A stretch of 36,686 nt of DNA from Myxococcota bacterium (lineage in GTDB: Bacteria > Myxococcota > JACRCW01), in contig JBFMGU010000095.1 of assembly GCA_040752415.1 (NCBI GenBank), positions 1-36,686 of the forward strand, given 5' to 3'. The position numbers and the translations under genes are program-made. Positions 1-9,046 of this stretch are shown in pieces. The notes beneath the pieces are model-generated. The model saw nothing but the letters and a program-made list of their open reading frames with translations, ran no database searches and had not been told where the DNA came from. Every line of letters starts with the position of its first letter. Position 1 is the stretch's first letter.

Positions 1-1
1 G

Positions 2-1543
2 CTGGGTTTCCGTGCCGCCGGAGCGCTGGCCCGTCGGGGACTGGCGCCGCGGTGGCGCCGGCTGCTGGTGCTGCTGCTGGTGGCGCTCTGCCACGTGACG
101 ACGGTGGCGGTGGGCGTGGCGTGGCTGGATGCAAGCCTCTCGACGGTGCGCCGCATCACGGTGGAGCTCTTGAAGCGGGTGGATGCGCCGCCGGCGCTGC
201 TGGAGCGGTTGCAGCCCCGGGACGTCGCGCCGGTCTCGCCGCTGGTGGAGGGTCGGATTGCCGGCGCGCTGCGGCTGGAGCTGCAGGGGCCGCAGGGCGG
301 GCTGCCCGCGCTCATCACCGTGCGCAGCGACGGAAGCCACGTGCTCTCCCCGCTGGACCTCAGCACGTTGCCCGACAAGGAATGGCACGTGGCCACCAGC
401 GAGCTGGGGCCTTCCGGGCACTTCGTGGTGACGCTGGCGGCGCGCACCGGCGAGAAGGAGACCTTCCCCGTGGCGACGGGGATGGTGGGCTCCGACGGCG
501 TGCTGCGTCTGCTGCCGGCGCTGGCGCGCGGTGTCTCCGTCGGCGGGATGGTGATCCTGGGCGTGCGCGACGCCACGCTGGGCTCCGACGGGACGGTGCT
601 GGCCCTGGCGCACGTGGCGCTGGAGCTGCCGACTTCCTTGAGCGGCATGTGGAGCCGGGCCGCGGAGTACCGGGACGCGGTGCTCTTGTTGCGCCCGGGC
701 GCCGACACCCCGGAGCTGCTGCGCGTGGCCGAGCTGCCCGCCACGCAGGAGTCCTTTGGGCTGGGTCGCTCCGCCCGTCCCGACGAGGTGGTGCTGACCC
801 ACAAGCGCGTGGCCACGCTGGGGGACGCCGCCTCCTTCCACGCCGAGGTGGTGGTGCTGCCGCTGGGCGCGCCGGAGCTGTGGCGGCCCGTGCTCAGCAC
901 CGGAATGAGCTCGGGCGCGGGGAGCGAGACGCTGGTGGACTTCCTCCGCCCCACCCTGCTCTCCGACGGGGCGTTGCGCTTCCTGGCCACGCTGCGCGAG
1001 CAGCCGGGGCGGGCCGCGGTCTTCCACCTGGCACGCGGCGGGAAGGCGGAGATGGTGTCCGCGCTGGGCACCCTGGCGGTGCGGCAGCAGCCGGTGCCCG
1101 CGACCACGCCGCTGTGGTTTGCCGAGTACATCCCGCAGGATCTGAGCGTGGGCGGCGCGGGGCTGCTCGCGGTGCGTCGCCTGGACAACGGGCCGTGGGA
1201 GCTGGAGTCCACCGACGAGCCCGCCTGGCGTCTCGACGGGACGGCGGAGATCCCGTGCACGCGCGAGGGCGTGAAGCTGGACAAGGCGGCCGCGCTCACG
1301 CACGTGGTGGTGGCCCTCGACGGGAGCCGGTTCCTGGCCGCGGGCACCTGCGGGGACCAGAAGGCGATCCTCACCGCCACGCCCCAGATGCTGCGCGATC
1401 CCGAGGCGCCGGGCTGGACCATCCTGCTCTCGATGGGAGACCGCTGGCCCAAGGCGCCCGTCGACAACCACGCGCCGCCGGGCGCGGAGGACGTGCCCCG
1501 CATCCGCGCGCTGGAGGCGCAGGTCAACGAGAACCGCCCCTGA
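2..1543 (+). CDS. Hypothetical membrane-anchored protein, 5'-truncated by the window edge
   Basis: The frame of the 68..1543 ORF is open back to position 2, with GC-rich third positions and a hydrophobic segment LLVLLLVALCHVTTVAVGVAWL. No family recognised. Confidence 0.7.
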   Translation: MGFRAAGALARRGLAPRWRRLLVLLLVALCHVTTVAVGVAWLDASLSTVRRITVELLKRVDAPPALLERLQPRDVAPVSPLVEGRIAGALRLELQGPQGGLPALITVRSDGSHVLSPLDLSTLPDKEWHVATSELGPSGHFVVTLAARTGEKETFPVATGMVGSDGVLRLLPALARGVSVGGMVILGVRDATLGSDGTVLALAHVALELPTSLSGMWSRAAEYRDAVLLLRPGADTPELLRVAELPATQESFGLGRSARPDEVVLTHKRVATLGDAASFHAEVVVLPLGAPELWRPVLSTGMSSGAGSETLVDFLRPTLLSDGALRFLATLREQPGRAAVFHLARGGKAEMVSALGTLAVRQQPVPATTPLWFAEYIPQDLSVGGAGLLAVRRLDNGPWELESTDEPAWRLDGTAEIPCTREGVKLDKAAALTHVVVALDGSRFLAAGTCGDQKAILTATPQMLRDPEAPGWTILLSMGDRWPKAPVDNHAPPGAEDVPRIRALEAQVNENRP

Positions 1544-1547
1544 GCGC

Positions 1548-2114
1548 ATGCGGCCCACCCCGCCCAACGTGCTCGGCGTCGACGACGCGCCCTTCCCGCG
1601 GCCCCACCGTGGCGACGTGCTGGTGGTGGGAACCATCTTCTCCCGCACGCGGCTGGATGGCGTGCTCACCACCCGTGTCCGTCGTGACGGCGTGAACTCC
1701 ACGGAGCGCATTGCCCAGATGCTGCTGCGCTCCCCGTTCCTGGAGCATGTGCGCGCGGTGCTGCTGCAGGGCATTGCCGTGGCGGGGTTCAACGTGGTGG
1801 ACATCCACGGGCTGCACGCGCGGCTGGGGATCCCGGTGCTGGTGGTGGCGCGCCGCCCGCCGGATCTCGTCGCCATCCGTCGGGCGCTGCTGGAGCGGGT
1901 TCCCGGCGGGAAACGCAAGTGGCGGCTCATCGAGCGCGCCGGGGCCATGGAGCCGCTGGCGGGCGTGTTGGTGCAACGCGTGGGCATTGAACGTGACGAC
2001 GCCGCGCAGCTCCTGCACGCCTGCCGCCTGCACGGAGCGCTGCCCGAGGCGCTGCGGGTGGCCCACCTCATTGCCGGGGCCATGGTGACGGGGACCAGCC
2101 GCGGCCGGGCCTGA
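1548..2114 (+). CDS. DUF99 family endonuclease V-like protein
   Basis: N-terminal VLGVDDAPF, DGxNxT, GIAVAGFNVVD and C-terminal PEALRVAHLIA motifs typical of DUF99; starts 4 nt after the upstream stop. Confidence 0.88.
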   Translation: MRPTPPNVLGVDDAPFPRPHRGDVLVVGTIFSRTRLDGVLTTRVRRDGVNSTERIAQMLLRSPFLEHVRAVLLQGIAVAGFNVVDIHGLHARLGIPVLVVARRPPDLVAIRRALLERVPGGKRKWRLIERAGAMEPLAGVLVQRVGIERDDAAQLLHACRLHGALPEALRVAHLIAGAMVTGTSRGRA

Positions 2115-2224
2115 GGGGCTGCGTCAGGACAACCTGCCCATCGGACTGGGTGCGCCGCGCTTGGAACGACGCGCTTGGCTCCCGCCAATGAGATTGGGTG
2201 CGGCCCTTACCGCTGGGCCCGGGG

Positions 2225-2434
2225 CTGACCATTGCCGGCCACCTTCACCGTTCACGCGGTACCGGCAACGGGCAGCCCCTACATTGCTGTCCGGTCCTCC
2301 GTCGCGTTGAACCGGCCGGGCCGGTCGCATCGCGTGCCGTTTTCCGTCGTCATGACGGCGCGGCCCCGGGTCTGACCATTGCCCGCCACCTTCACCGTTC
2401 ACGCGGTACCGGCAACGGGCAGCCCCTACATTGC
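2225..2434. repeat. Two 63-bp direct repeats (2225-2287, 2372-2434), GTAG-type REP-like
   Basis: The copies differ at 1 of 63 positions and each ends in GCCCCTACATTGC (minus strand GTAGGGGC...). They lie between convergent genes. Confidence 0.85.
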
Positions 2435-2500
2435 AGGCCAATCATCCGTCGTCATTCACGGAGGTCCGGGTTCCGCGCTTGGCCGTTTGAAGACGCGCTC

Positions 2501-2552
2501 GGCGCTGGCCAGGGCGGCGAGGGCCCGCCGCACTCCAGGTTGTGGCCGGCTC
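2501..2552. repeat. GGAG-type REP-like palindrome, single copy
   Basis: GCGGCG-AGGGCC-CGCCGC hairpin followed by ACTCCA; 49/52 identical to 33075-33126 and 47/52 to the reverse complement of 32939-32990. Confidence 0.85.
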
Positions 2553-2579
2553 ACGACGGCTGCACGCCAGGTGAGCACC

Positions 2580-4628
2580 CTACGCGCGCCCTGCCAGCAC
2601 CTGCGCCACGCGACCCTCCAACACCTCCGGCGTGAACGGCTTGGGCAAGAACGCCATCCTCCCCTCCGCCACACCGCGCTGCAGGTTCTCGTTGTCGGTG
2701 TAGCCCGACATGAACAGCACCGCCACGCCGTCACGGACCCGCGCCAGCTCCCGCGCCAGCGACGGACCGTCCAGGCCCGGCATGACCACGTCGGTGAGGA
2801 GCAGGTGGATGGGGCCCTCATGCGCCGAGGCCCGCCGCAACGCCTCCTCCCCGTTGCTGGCCGGCACAACCCGGTAGCCCGCCGCGGTGAGCGTGCGCAC
2901 CACGAGGGAACGCAGCGCCGCGTCGTCCTCCGCCACCAGGATGGTCTCCCAGCCCGCGCGCACCGTTCGCACCGGCGCGGCGGCGCGGGTGGTGGGCTCC
3001 GCGTGGCAGCGCGGCAGGAACACCTCGAAGGTGGCGCCCCGACCCACTTCACTGCTGACGCGGATGTGACCGCCGGCCCCCTGCACAATGGCGTAGCACG
3101 TGGAAAGACCCAGGCCGGTGCCGCGTCCATGCTCCTTGGTGGTGAAGAACGGCTCGAAGATGCGTCGTTGAACCTCCGGGGTCATGCCCTGGCCGGTGTC
3201 GGAGACGGTGAGCACCACGTGCTCGGGCGGCCCGGGAACGTTGGTGGTGGCCAGGCGGATGCGGCCGCCCGTCGGCATGGCGTCGCGCGCGTTGAGCACC
3301 AGGTTGAGGATCACCTGTTCCATCTGGTTGGGATCCACGTGCACCGGCCACAATCCCGGCGTCGTCACCACCTCCAGCTGGATCCGCTCGCTCACCGCGC
3401 GGTGCAGCAATGGGACCATCCCCTCCAACACGGCGTGGACGCTGATGACCTGCGGCTCACCGATCTGCTTGCGCGAGAACGTCAGCAGCTGGCGGGTCAG
3501 CGCCGCAGCGCGCTTGGAGGCGGCCAGCAGGTCCTCCATGTCCCCGCGCGCCGGTGAGCCGGAGGGCAGGGAGTCCAGCACGATGTCACCGAGGCCCTGG
3601 ATCACGGTGAGGATGTTGTTGAAGTCATGCGCCACGCCGCCGGCCAGCTGCCCCACCGCTTCCATCTTCTGGGACTGCACCAGCTGCTGCTCACTGTCCT
3701 GCCGCGCCCGCTCCGCGCGCTCCCGCTCGACGATGGTCTCACGCAGCTGCCGGTTGACCTGGCGCAGGCTCTGGTAGCGCCACCCCGCCATGAGCAGCAG
3801 CGAGGCAATGAGCATCACGCCCATGCCCAGGAGCACGCGCTCCACCGTCCAGAACGAAGGGCGGGTGTGCCATTTCACGTAGAGCGCCTGGTACTCCGGC
3901 GAGCCCACCAGCTCCGACACCGCCACGGAGAGCCGCTGGTGCACCTCGGGCAGATCCCGCCGTACCGCCACCGCGCGCTTGACCTCCCACAGCGGTCCGC
4001 CCAGGACGCGGATGCGGTCCGCCACGCCGGCTTCCTGCGCCATGTGCAGCAACACCTCCGAGGGATGCACCAGGCCGTCGACGTGACCGGCCAGCAGCTC
4101 GAAGAGCGCGGAGCGGGTGTCGCGGAAGACGTGCACGCGCAGCTCCGGGTGTTCCTGCTTGAGGCGCGGCACCGCCACGTTGGATTCCACCACCGCCACC
4201 GTCCGACCGGCGAGCTGTTCCACCGTGACCACCGGCTGCATGTCGCTGCGGATGAACAGCTCGATGCGCGCGGTCTCCAGGGGCTCGGTGAACAGGCAGA
4301 ACGCGGCGCGCTCCTCGGAGATGCCCAGGTTGGGAATGATGTCCGCGCGCCCCTCGCGCAGCGCATCAATGGCCTCCGCGAACGTGGCCTTCACCAACCA
4401 CTGCACCTCCAATCCCGCGCGCCGGGCCAGGACGTTGAACACCTCCAGCGCAAAGCCGTCCGGGCGGCCCTCGTCATCCAGCACGTAGTCGGGCGGCCAG
4501 CGCGCCGGCACCGCCGCCACCACGCGGACCGGTACCTCCTGCGCAACAGCGGACCCGGGCGTGGACGTGAGCAACGCCGTCAGCAATGCCGTGGTCGTCG
4601 GGAACCGCCAGCCGCTCATGTCCGCCAA
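2580..4628 (-). CDS. Hybrid sensor histidine kinase/response regulator with periplasmic substrate-binding (family 3) sensor domain
   Basis: Signal peptide, SBP domain (GFALEV, GRADII), TM helix, H-box VAHDFNN, N-box NLVLNARDAM, DTGQGM, FFTTK, GTGLGL and REC domain (EDD, TDVVMP, KPF). The start may be the ATG at 4619. Confidence 0.93.
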   Translation of the reverse strand: MADMSGWRFPTTTALLTALLTSTPGSAVAQEVPVRVVAAVPARWPPDYVLDDEGRPDGFALEVFNVLARRAGLEVQWLVKATFAEAIDALREGRADIIPNLGISEERAAFCLFTEPLETARIELFIRSDMQPVVTVEQLAGRTVAVVESNVAVPRLKQEHPELRVHVFRDTRSALFELLAGHVDGLVHPSEVLLHMAQEAGVADRIRVLGGPLWEVKRAVAVRRDLPEVHQRLSVAVSELVGSPEYQALYVKWHTRPSFWTVERVLLGMGVMLIASLLLMAGWRYQSLRQVNRQLRETIVERERAERARQDSEQQLVQSQKMEAVGQLAGGVAHDFNNILTVIQGLGDIVLDSLPSGSPARGDMEDLLAASKRAAALTRQLLTFSRKQIGEPQVISVHAVLEGMVPLLHRAVSERIQLEVVTTPGLWPVHVDPNQMEQVILNLVLNARDAMPTGGRIRLATTNVPGPPEHVVLTVSDTGQGMTPEVQRRIFEPFFTTKEHGRGTGLGLSTCYAIVQGAGGHIRVSSEVGRGATFEVFLPRCHAEPTTRAAAPVRTVRAGWETILVAEDDAALRSLVVRTLTAAGYRVVPASNGEEALRRASAHEGPIHLLLTDVVMPGLDGPSLARELARVRDGVAVLFMSGYTDNENLQRGVAEGRMAFLPKPFTPEVLEGRVAQVLAGRA

Positions 4629-4778
4629 CTCACCGCCGTCCTCGTCGCGCGCCGGTCACACGGTCGGGAATGACCCGTCGACCAGGGCCCGTGGCCCAGG
4701 ACATCCTGGCGATGCCAGCCGCCTCCTTGTGACGCGACCAACAGCGGTGTCAACGTGGAGCAGCCTAAGTACGCCTCA

Positions 4779-5894
4779 TCACGACGCACTGCGCGAAGCG
4801 TCGCCGAAGTCCTCCTCGGTGGCGAACCGGACGATCCGCTCGAGGTACTCGAGGATGGGCGGGGGACCACCGGCGGGGCCCAGCGCCGCGCGGGCGTGGG
4901 TGGTGTCAAAGAGCGGGTTCCCCACGAAGTAGGGCATGTACGCCTCCCCGCCGCGCAGGATGGCCCGTCCCCGACGGGTGAGGGCCAGGAAGGGCGTCAC
5001 CAGCGGTCGCCCGAAGCGCTTGTAGAGACGCTGGTCGATGTAGCGCACGGGGGGACCGCCGGTGATCTGTGCAATGCGCGCGGCGAGCTCCGAGACGGGA
5101 CGCGCGTCCTCACCCGCGGCGAGATGGAAGGTCTTCCCCAGCGTGTCCGGTCGGGCGCGGATGTGGACCATGGCCTCCGCCACCCAGTCCACCGGGACGA
5201 TGTCGACGAGCGTGGAGGGCTCCCCGGGGAACGTGCGCCACCAGCCCCGCACGTAGAGCTTGAGCGGCCAGTACAACACGTTGAACGCGCGCGTCCGTCC
5301 GGTGCCGCTCTCCCCCACGACGATGGAAGGACGGTGGATGCTCACCGGCAGTCCGCGCGCGCGCGCCTCCTGCACCTTCAGCTCGGACTGCTGCTTGGAC
5401 CACTCATAGGAGTTGCGGAAGCCCTGCCCCACGTCGAGATCGGTCTCGCGGAAGCGCGCGCGGGTGGTGCCCGCCACGTACGCGGTGCTGACGTGATCCA
5501 GGCGGGTGAGCCGTCCCCGTCGGTGCAGCGCCTCCGCCAGCTCCAGCACCGACTGCGTGGCGCCCAGGTTGTCCGCCGCGGCCTGCTGGGGCGGCAGGTC
5601 AAAACGCACCGACGCGGCGGCGTGGAGGATGGCCGTGACCTCCGACTCCACCCGCGCGCGGTCCTCCGGGGAGAGCCCCAGTCCGGGCAGCGTCACGTCC
5701 CCGCGCACCAGCTCCACACGCTCCAGCGGCGCGCCGGTCCGCTCCGCCAGTTCCCGTCGACGCGCGTCGAGGTGGGCCGCGTCGCGCGCACGCACCAGCG
5801 CCAGCACGCGGGCGGCGGGGTCACGCACCAGCCGCGGGACCAACGCGGTGCCAATCTGGCCGGTGGCGCCGGTGAGGAGGATGACGTCGCCCAC
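4779..5894 (-). CDS. Extended SDR, fatty acyl-CoA reductase/thioester reductase-like
   Basis: LLTGATGQIG, HAAASVRF, HVSTAYV, catalytic YEWSK and RPSIVVG. The GTG at 5894 was chosen as start because it lies just before the Rossmann motif. Confidence 0.88.
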   Translation of the reverse strand: MGDVILLTGATGQIGTALVPRLVRDPAARVLALVRARDAAHLDARRRELAERTGAPLERVELVRGDVTLPGLGLSPEDRARVESEVTAILHAAASVRFDLPPQQAAADNLGATQSVLELAEALHRRGRLTRLDHVSTAYVAGTTRARFRETDLDVGQGFRNSYEWSKQQSELKVQEARARGLPVSIHRPSIVVGESGTGRTRAFNVLYWPLKLYVRGWWRTFPGEPSTLVDIVPVDWVAEAMVHIRARPDTLGKTFHLAAGEDARPVSELAARIAQITGGPPVRYIDQRLYKRFGRPLVTPFLALTRRGRAILRGGEAYMPYFVGNPLFDTTHARAALGPAGGPPPILEYLERIVRFATEEDFGDASRSAS

Positions 5895-6015
5895 GCACGC
5901 GCGTATGCCCCCGCGGACGGCCGTTGTGCAACCGCGCGGCGACGGAAATCTTTGCGTGACACCACGCTCGCGTCGTGGCACTCAACCGCGGGTGCTCGTG
6001 CCGAAGGAGAGCAGG

Positions 6016-6474
6016 ATGATCGAGGTCAACACGCCGTTCCCGGATTTCTCGCTGCCCAACCAGGACAACCAGGTCAAGAAGCTCTCCGACTACCGGGGCA
6101 GCTGGCTGGTGCTCTACGTCTATCCCCAGGACGACACGCCCGGCTGCACCATCCAGGGCCAGTCCTTCACCGCCACCAAGGACGACTTCACCGCGCTCAA
6201 CGCCAAGGTGGTGGGCCTCAGCGTCGACGACGTGGCGAGCCACAAGCGCTTCTGCGACAAGTTCAACTTCACCATCGACCTGCTGGCCGACCCCGGGGCG
6301 AAGCTGCTGAAGGCCGCGGGCGTGGGGCAGTCGCCGTGGCAGGGGGTGATGTACTGGGACCGCACCACGTTCCTCGTCGACCCGCAGGGCATCCTGCGCA
6401 AGGTCTACGAGAAGGTCTCGCCCCGTGGGCATGAACAGACGGTGCTGCAGGACATCCGGGCGCTCTCGAAGTAG
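6016..6474 (+). CDS. bcp: Peroxiredoxin, Bcp/PrxQ family
   Basis: YVYPQDDTPGCT active site, GLSVD and RTTFLVD; AAGGAG RBS before the ATG at 6016. Confidence 0.92.
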   Translation: MIEVNTPFPDFSLPNQDNQVKKLSDYRGSWLVLYVYPQDDTPGCTIQGQSFTATKDDFTALNAKVVGLSVDDVASHKRFCDKFNFTIDLLADPGAKLLKAAGVGQSPWQGVMYWDRTTFLVDPQGILRKVYEKVSPRGHEQTVLQDIRALSK

Positions 6475-6477
6475 GGC

Positions 6478-7299
6478 ATGATGCGCCGCGTCCTTGTTGC
6501 CTGCGCTGCGCTGCTGCTGCCGGCGAGCTCCGCCGACGTGGCGCGGGAGGAGCACGGCTCGCTCATCGTGGCGGTGCGCTCCACGGGCGGGCTGGCGCTG
6601 TGCGCAGACAAGCGACGCATCACCCACGACGGAAAACACGTCGACGACCAGGTCAAGCTGCGGCGGCTGGGACCGCGCGCGGTGGCCGCCCACGCGGGCT
6701 TGCGCTGGGCCTTCAGCGGCGACGGAACGCACTTCTTCGACCCCGCCGTGGTGCTGGAGGAGGTGTACCGGCGCGTGGGGCTGGAGGATCCCACCGCGCT
6801 GCTGCAGGCGTTCGCCGAGGAGGTGCACCGTCGCTACGCGCCCATGTTGCCGAGCACGCGTCCCCCGCCCGGCCAACCCGACCACGGCGGCCGGGGGCAC
6901 ATCCTGTTCACCACGGTGGTGTTCTCCGTCGACAAGGGCGGGCGCATGGGCATTGCGCGCGTGACCTTCCGGTTTGACGAGGTTCCGCCGGAGGCGCTGC
7001 GCCACGACGTCAAGGTCTTCCCCGACCAGCAGAACGTGGTGGCCTTTGGCAACACGAAGTTCCTGGAGGAGCTGCTGGGGGCGCGGAAGGACACCCACCC
7101 GGAAGCGCGCAAGGACCCGGGCATTGCCGCCGCGCTCTCGCACCATGAACCACTGCTGCCGGAGAAGATGGCGCTGCGTTTCGCGCGTCGACTGATTGTG
7201 CACGCTTCCCGCGCGAACACGGCGTGGCCCGACGTCAGTCCCACCAGCGACTGTGGCGTGCTGCGACGGACTGGTGCGTTTGACGAGGTGAAACGGTGA
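6478..7299 (+). CDS. Secreted proteasome-beta-like Ntn-hydrolase-fold protein (putative)
   Basis: Signal peptide, then HG|SLIVAV...ADKR...VKL...AG with D17, R19, K33 and G47 when numbered from Ser28; starts 3 nt after the bcp stop. Confidence 0.7.
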   Translation: MMRRVLVACAALLLPASSADVAREEHGSLIVAVRSTGGLALCADKRRITHDGKHVDDQVKLRRLGPRAVAAHAGLRWAFSGDGTHFFDPAVVLEEVYRRVGLEDPTALLQAFAEEVHRRYAPMLPSTRPPPGQPDHGGRGHILFTTVVFSVDKGGRMGIARVTFRFDEVPPEALRHDVKVFPDQQNVVAFGNTKFLEELLGARKDTHPEARKDPGIAAALSHHEPLLPEKMALRFARRLIVHASRANTAWPDVSPTSDCGVLRRTGAFDEVKR

Positions 7300-7368
7300 T
7301 GGCGTTCCCGCACCGCGTTCACGACGATGCGGAACGGTGGCGTGCCCGGGGAGCGGCGCATCTCGAGC

Positions 7369-7512
7369 CAAAGCGGTAGTTCATACCGCAGTCCGAAGGT
7401 GTGCCCTGCTTGTTCACGACGGGTCCGTGCGCCGGCACACGACGGTGCGGCCACCGGATGAACCTGTCAGCGGGGCCGCACCCCTCGGACTGCGGTGTGA
7501 AGCACCGCTTTG
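7369..7512. repeat. Inverted REP-like doublet (7369-7404 and 7478-7512), possible bidirectional terminator
   Basis: CAAAGCGGTAGTTCATACCGCAGTCCGA pairs with TCGGACTGCGGTGTGAAGCACCGCTTTG, and each arm is itself a GCGGT..ACCGC hairpin. It lies between convergent genes. Confidence 0.8.
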
Positions 7513-7526
7513 CCTCCTGACACAAA

Positions 7527-8900
7527 TCACAGCGGCGCGAAGCGCGCGGTGAAGTGCCGCAGGAACGGCGCCTGGTGCACCATGCGGTAGCCGCGGATCT
7601 TCTCCCGACGACGGAACACGTGCTCCACCGCCTCCGCCACGTAGTCCACCTGGCTCTGCGTGTAGACGCGGCGCGGAATGGCCAGGCGCACCAGCTCCAC
7701 CGGCGCAGGGAGCTCCGCGTGCGTGTCCGGGTCGCGCTTGCCGAACATCACGCTGCCAATCTCCACGCTGCGGATGCCCGCCTCCCGGTACAGCTCCACG
7801 CCCAGCGCCTGACCGGGGTACTGCAGCGGCGGGATGTGCGGCAGCATGGCGCCCGCGTCGACGTAGACCGCGTGCCCGCCCGGCGGCTGCACAATGGGCA
7901 CGCCCATCTCCGTGAGCTTGCGCCCCAGGTACGCCACCGACGCCACGCGGTAGTGCAGGTAGTCCTCCTCCAGCGCCTCGCGCAGGCCCACCGCAATGGC
8001 CTCCAGGTCACGCGCGGCCAGGCCGCCGTAGGTGGGGAATCCCTCGGTGAGGATGAGCAGGTCCTTCTCCTGCTGCGCCAGGCGGTCGTCGTTGGTGCAC
8101 AGGAAGCCGCCAATGTTGGACAGGCCGTCCTTCTTTGCGCTCATGGTGCACCCGTCGGCAAACGAGAAGATCTCCCGCGCGATCTCGGTGGGCGTCTTGC
8201 GCGCGTAGCCCTCCTCCCGCAGCTTGATGAACCACGCGTTCTCCGCGAAGCGACACGCGTCGATGTACAGCGGCAGCCCGTGGCGGTTGCACACCCGACG
8301 CACCTCCCTGAGGTTGGCGAGCGAGACGGGCTGACCACCGCTGGAGTTGTTGGTGAGCGTCATCATCACCAGCGGAATGCGCTTCACGCCCACCTTCTCG
8401 ATGAGCTGCTCCAGCGCCTCCACGTCCATGTTGCCCTTGAAGGGATGGAACTCCCCCGTCTTCCTGGCCTCGGGGCAGGGCAGGTCCACCGCCTGCGCGC
8501 CCAGGTACTCGATGTTGGCGCGCGTGGTGTCGAAGTGCGTGTTGCTGGGAACCACCGCGTCACGCTTGCACTGGATGGAGAACAGGATGCGCTCCGCGGC
8601 CCGCCCCTGGTGCGTGGGAATCACGTGCTTGAAGCCGAAGATGTCCTTCACCACCGTCTCAAAGCGGGTGAAGCTCGTCGAGCCGGCGTAGGCCTCGTCG
8701 GCGCGCATCATGGCGGCCCACTGCTCCGAGCTCATGGCGGAGGTGCCGCTGTCGGTGAGCAGGTCAATGAGGATGTCGCGCGCCTGCAGGAGGAACAGGT
8801 TCCAGTGCGCCTGGCGCAGGAACCCCTCCCGTTCCTCCACCGTGGTCATGCGGATGGGCTCCACCATCTTGATGCGGAACGGCTCGATGATCGTCTTCAT
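7527..8900 (-). CDS. tnaA: Tryptophanase
   Basis: EPFRIKMVEPI, DLLTDSGT, HQGRAAE and PLP lysine MSAKKD. HFDTTR and LRHFTARF carry the Asp and His of tryptophanase rather than the Thr and Phe of tyrosine phenol-lyase. Alternative start at 8906. Confidence 0.92.
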   Translation of the reverse strand: MKTIIEPFRIKMVEPIRMTTVEEREGFLRQAHWNLFLLQARDILIDLLTDSGTSAMSSEQWAAMMRADEAYAGSTSFTRFETVVKDIFGFKHVIPTHQGRAAERILFSIQCKRDAVVPSNTHFDTTRANIEYLGAQAVDLPCPEARKTGEFHPFKGNMDVEALEQLIEKVGVKRIPLVMMTLTNNSSGGQPVSLANLREVRRVCNRHGLPLYIDACRFAENAWFIKLREEGYARKTPTEIAREIFSFADGCTMSAKKDGLSNIGGFLCTNDDRLAQQEKDLLILTEGFPTYGGLAARDLEAIAVGLREALEEDYLHYRVASVAYLGRKLTEMGVPIVQPPGGHAVYVDAGAMLPHIPPLQYPGQALGVELYREAGIRSVEIGSVMFGKRDPDTHAELPAPVELVRLAIPRRVYTQSQVDYVAEAVEHVFRRREKIRGYRMVHQAPFLRHFTARFAPL

Positions 8901-8941
8901 GGCCATGGGTTGCGGGTCTCCGGGCAAGGGTTGTGGAGACC

Positions 8942-8957
8942 AGCAACGCGGGTGCCA
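8942..8957 (-). promoter_or_regulatory. Sigma-54 -24/-12 promoter for tnaA
   Basis: Minus strand TGGCACCCGCGTTGCT matches TGGCAC-N5-TTGC exactly, about 40 nt upstream of the ATG. Confidence 0.75.
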
Positions 8958-9046
8958 CGCCGGGTGCGCAAAATCCCATCGCAAACGCGCAAGCCCTTCG
9001 TCCCGCGCGCATCTGCCGCGTCCGGCCCGCGAACGGATTTCGCGAA

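Noticed and set aside
2225..2434. Possible mini-CRISPR array
   Set aside because: There are only two units, the 63-bp repeat and 84-bp spacer are outside CRISPR size ranges, and no cas genes are present.
7527..8900. Tyrosine phenol-lyase assignment
   Set aside because: The specificity positions read FDTT and RHFT, which are tryptophanase-type, not FTTT and RFFT.
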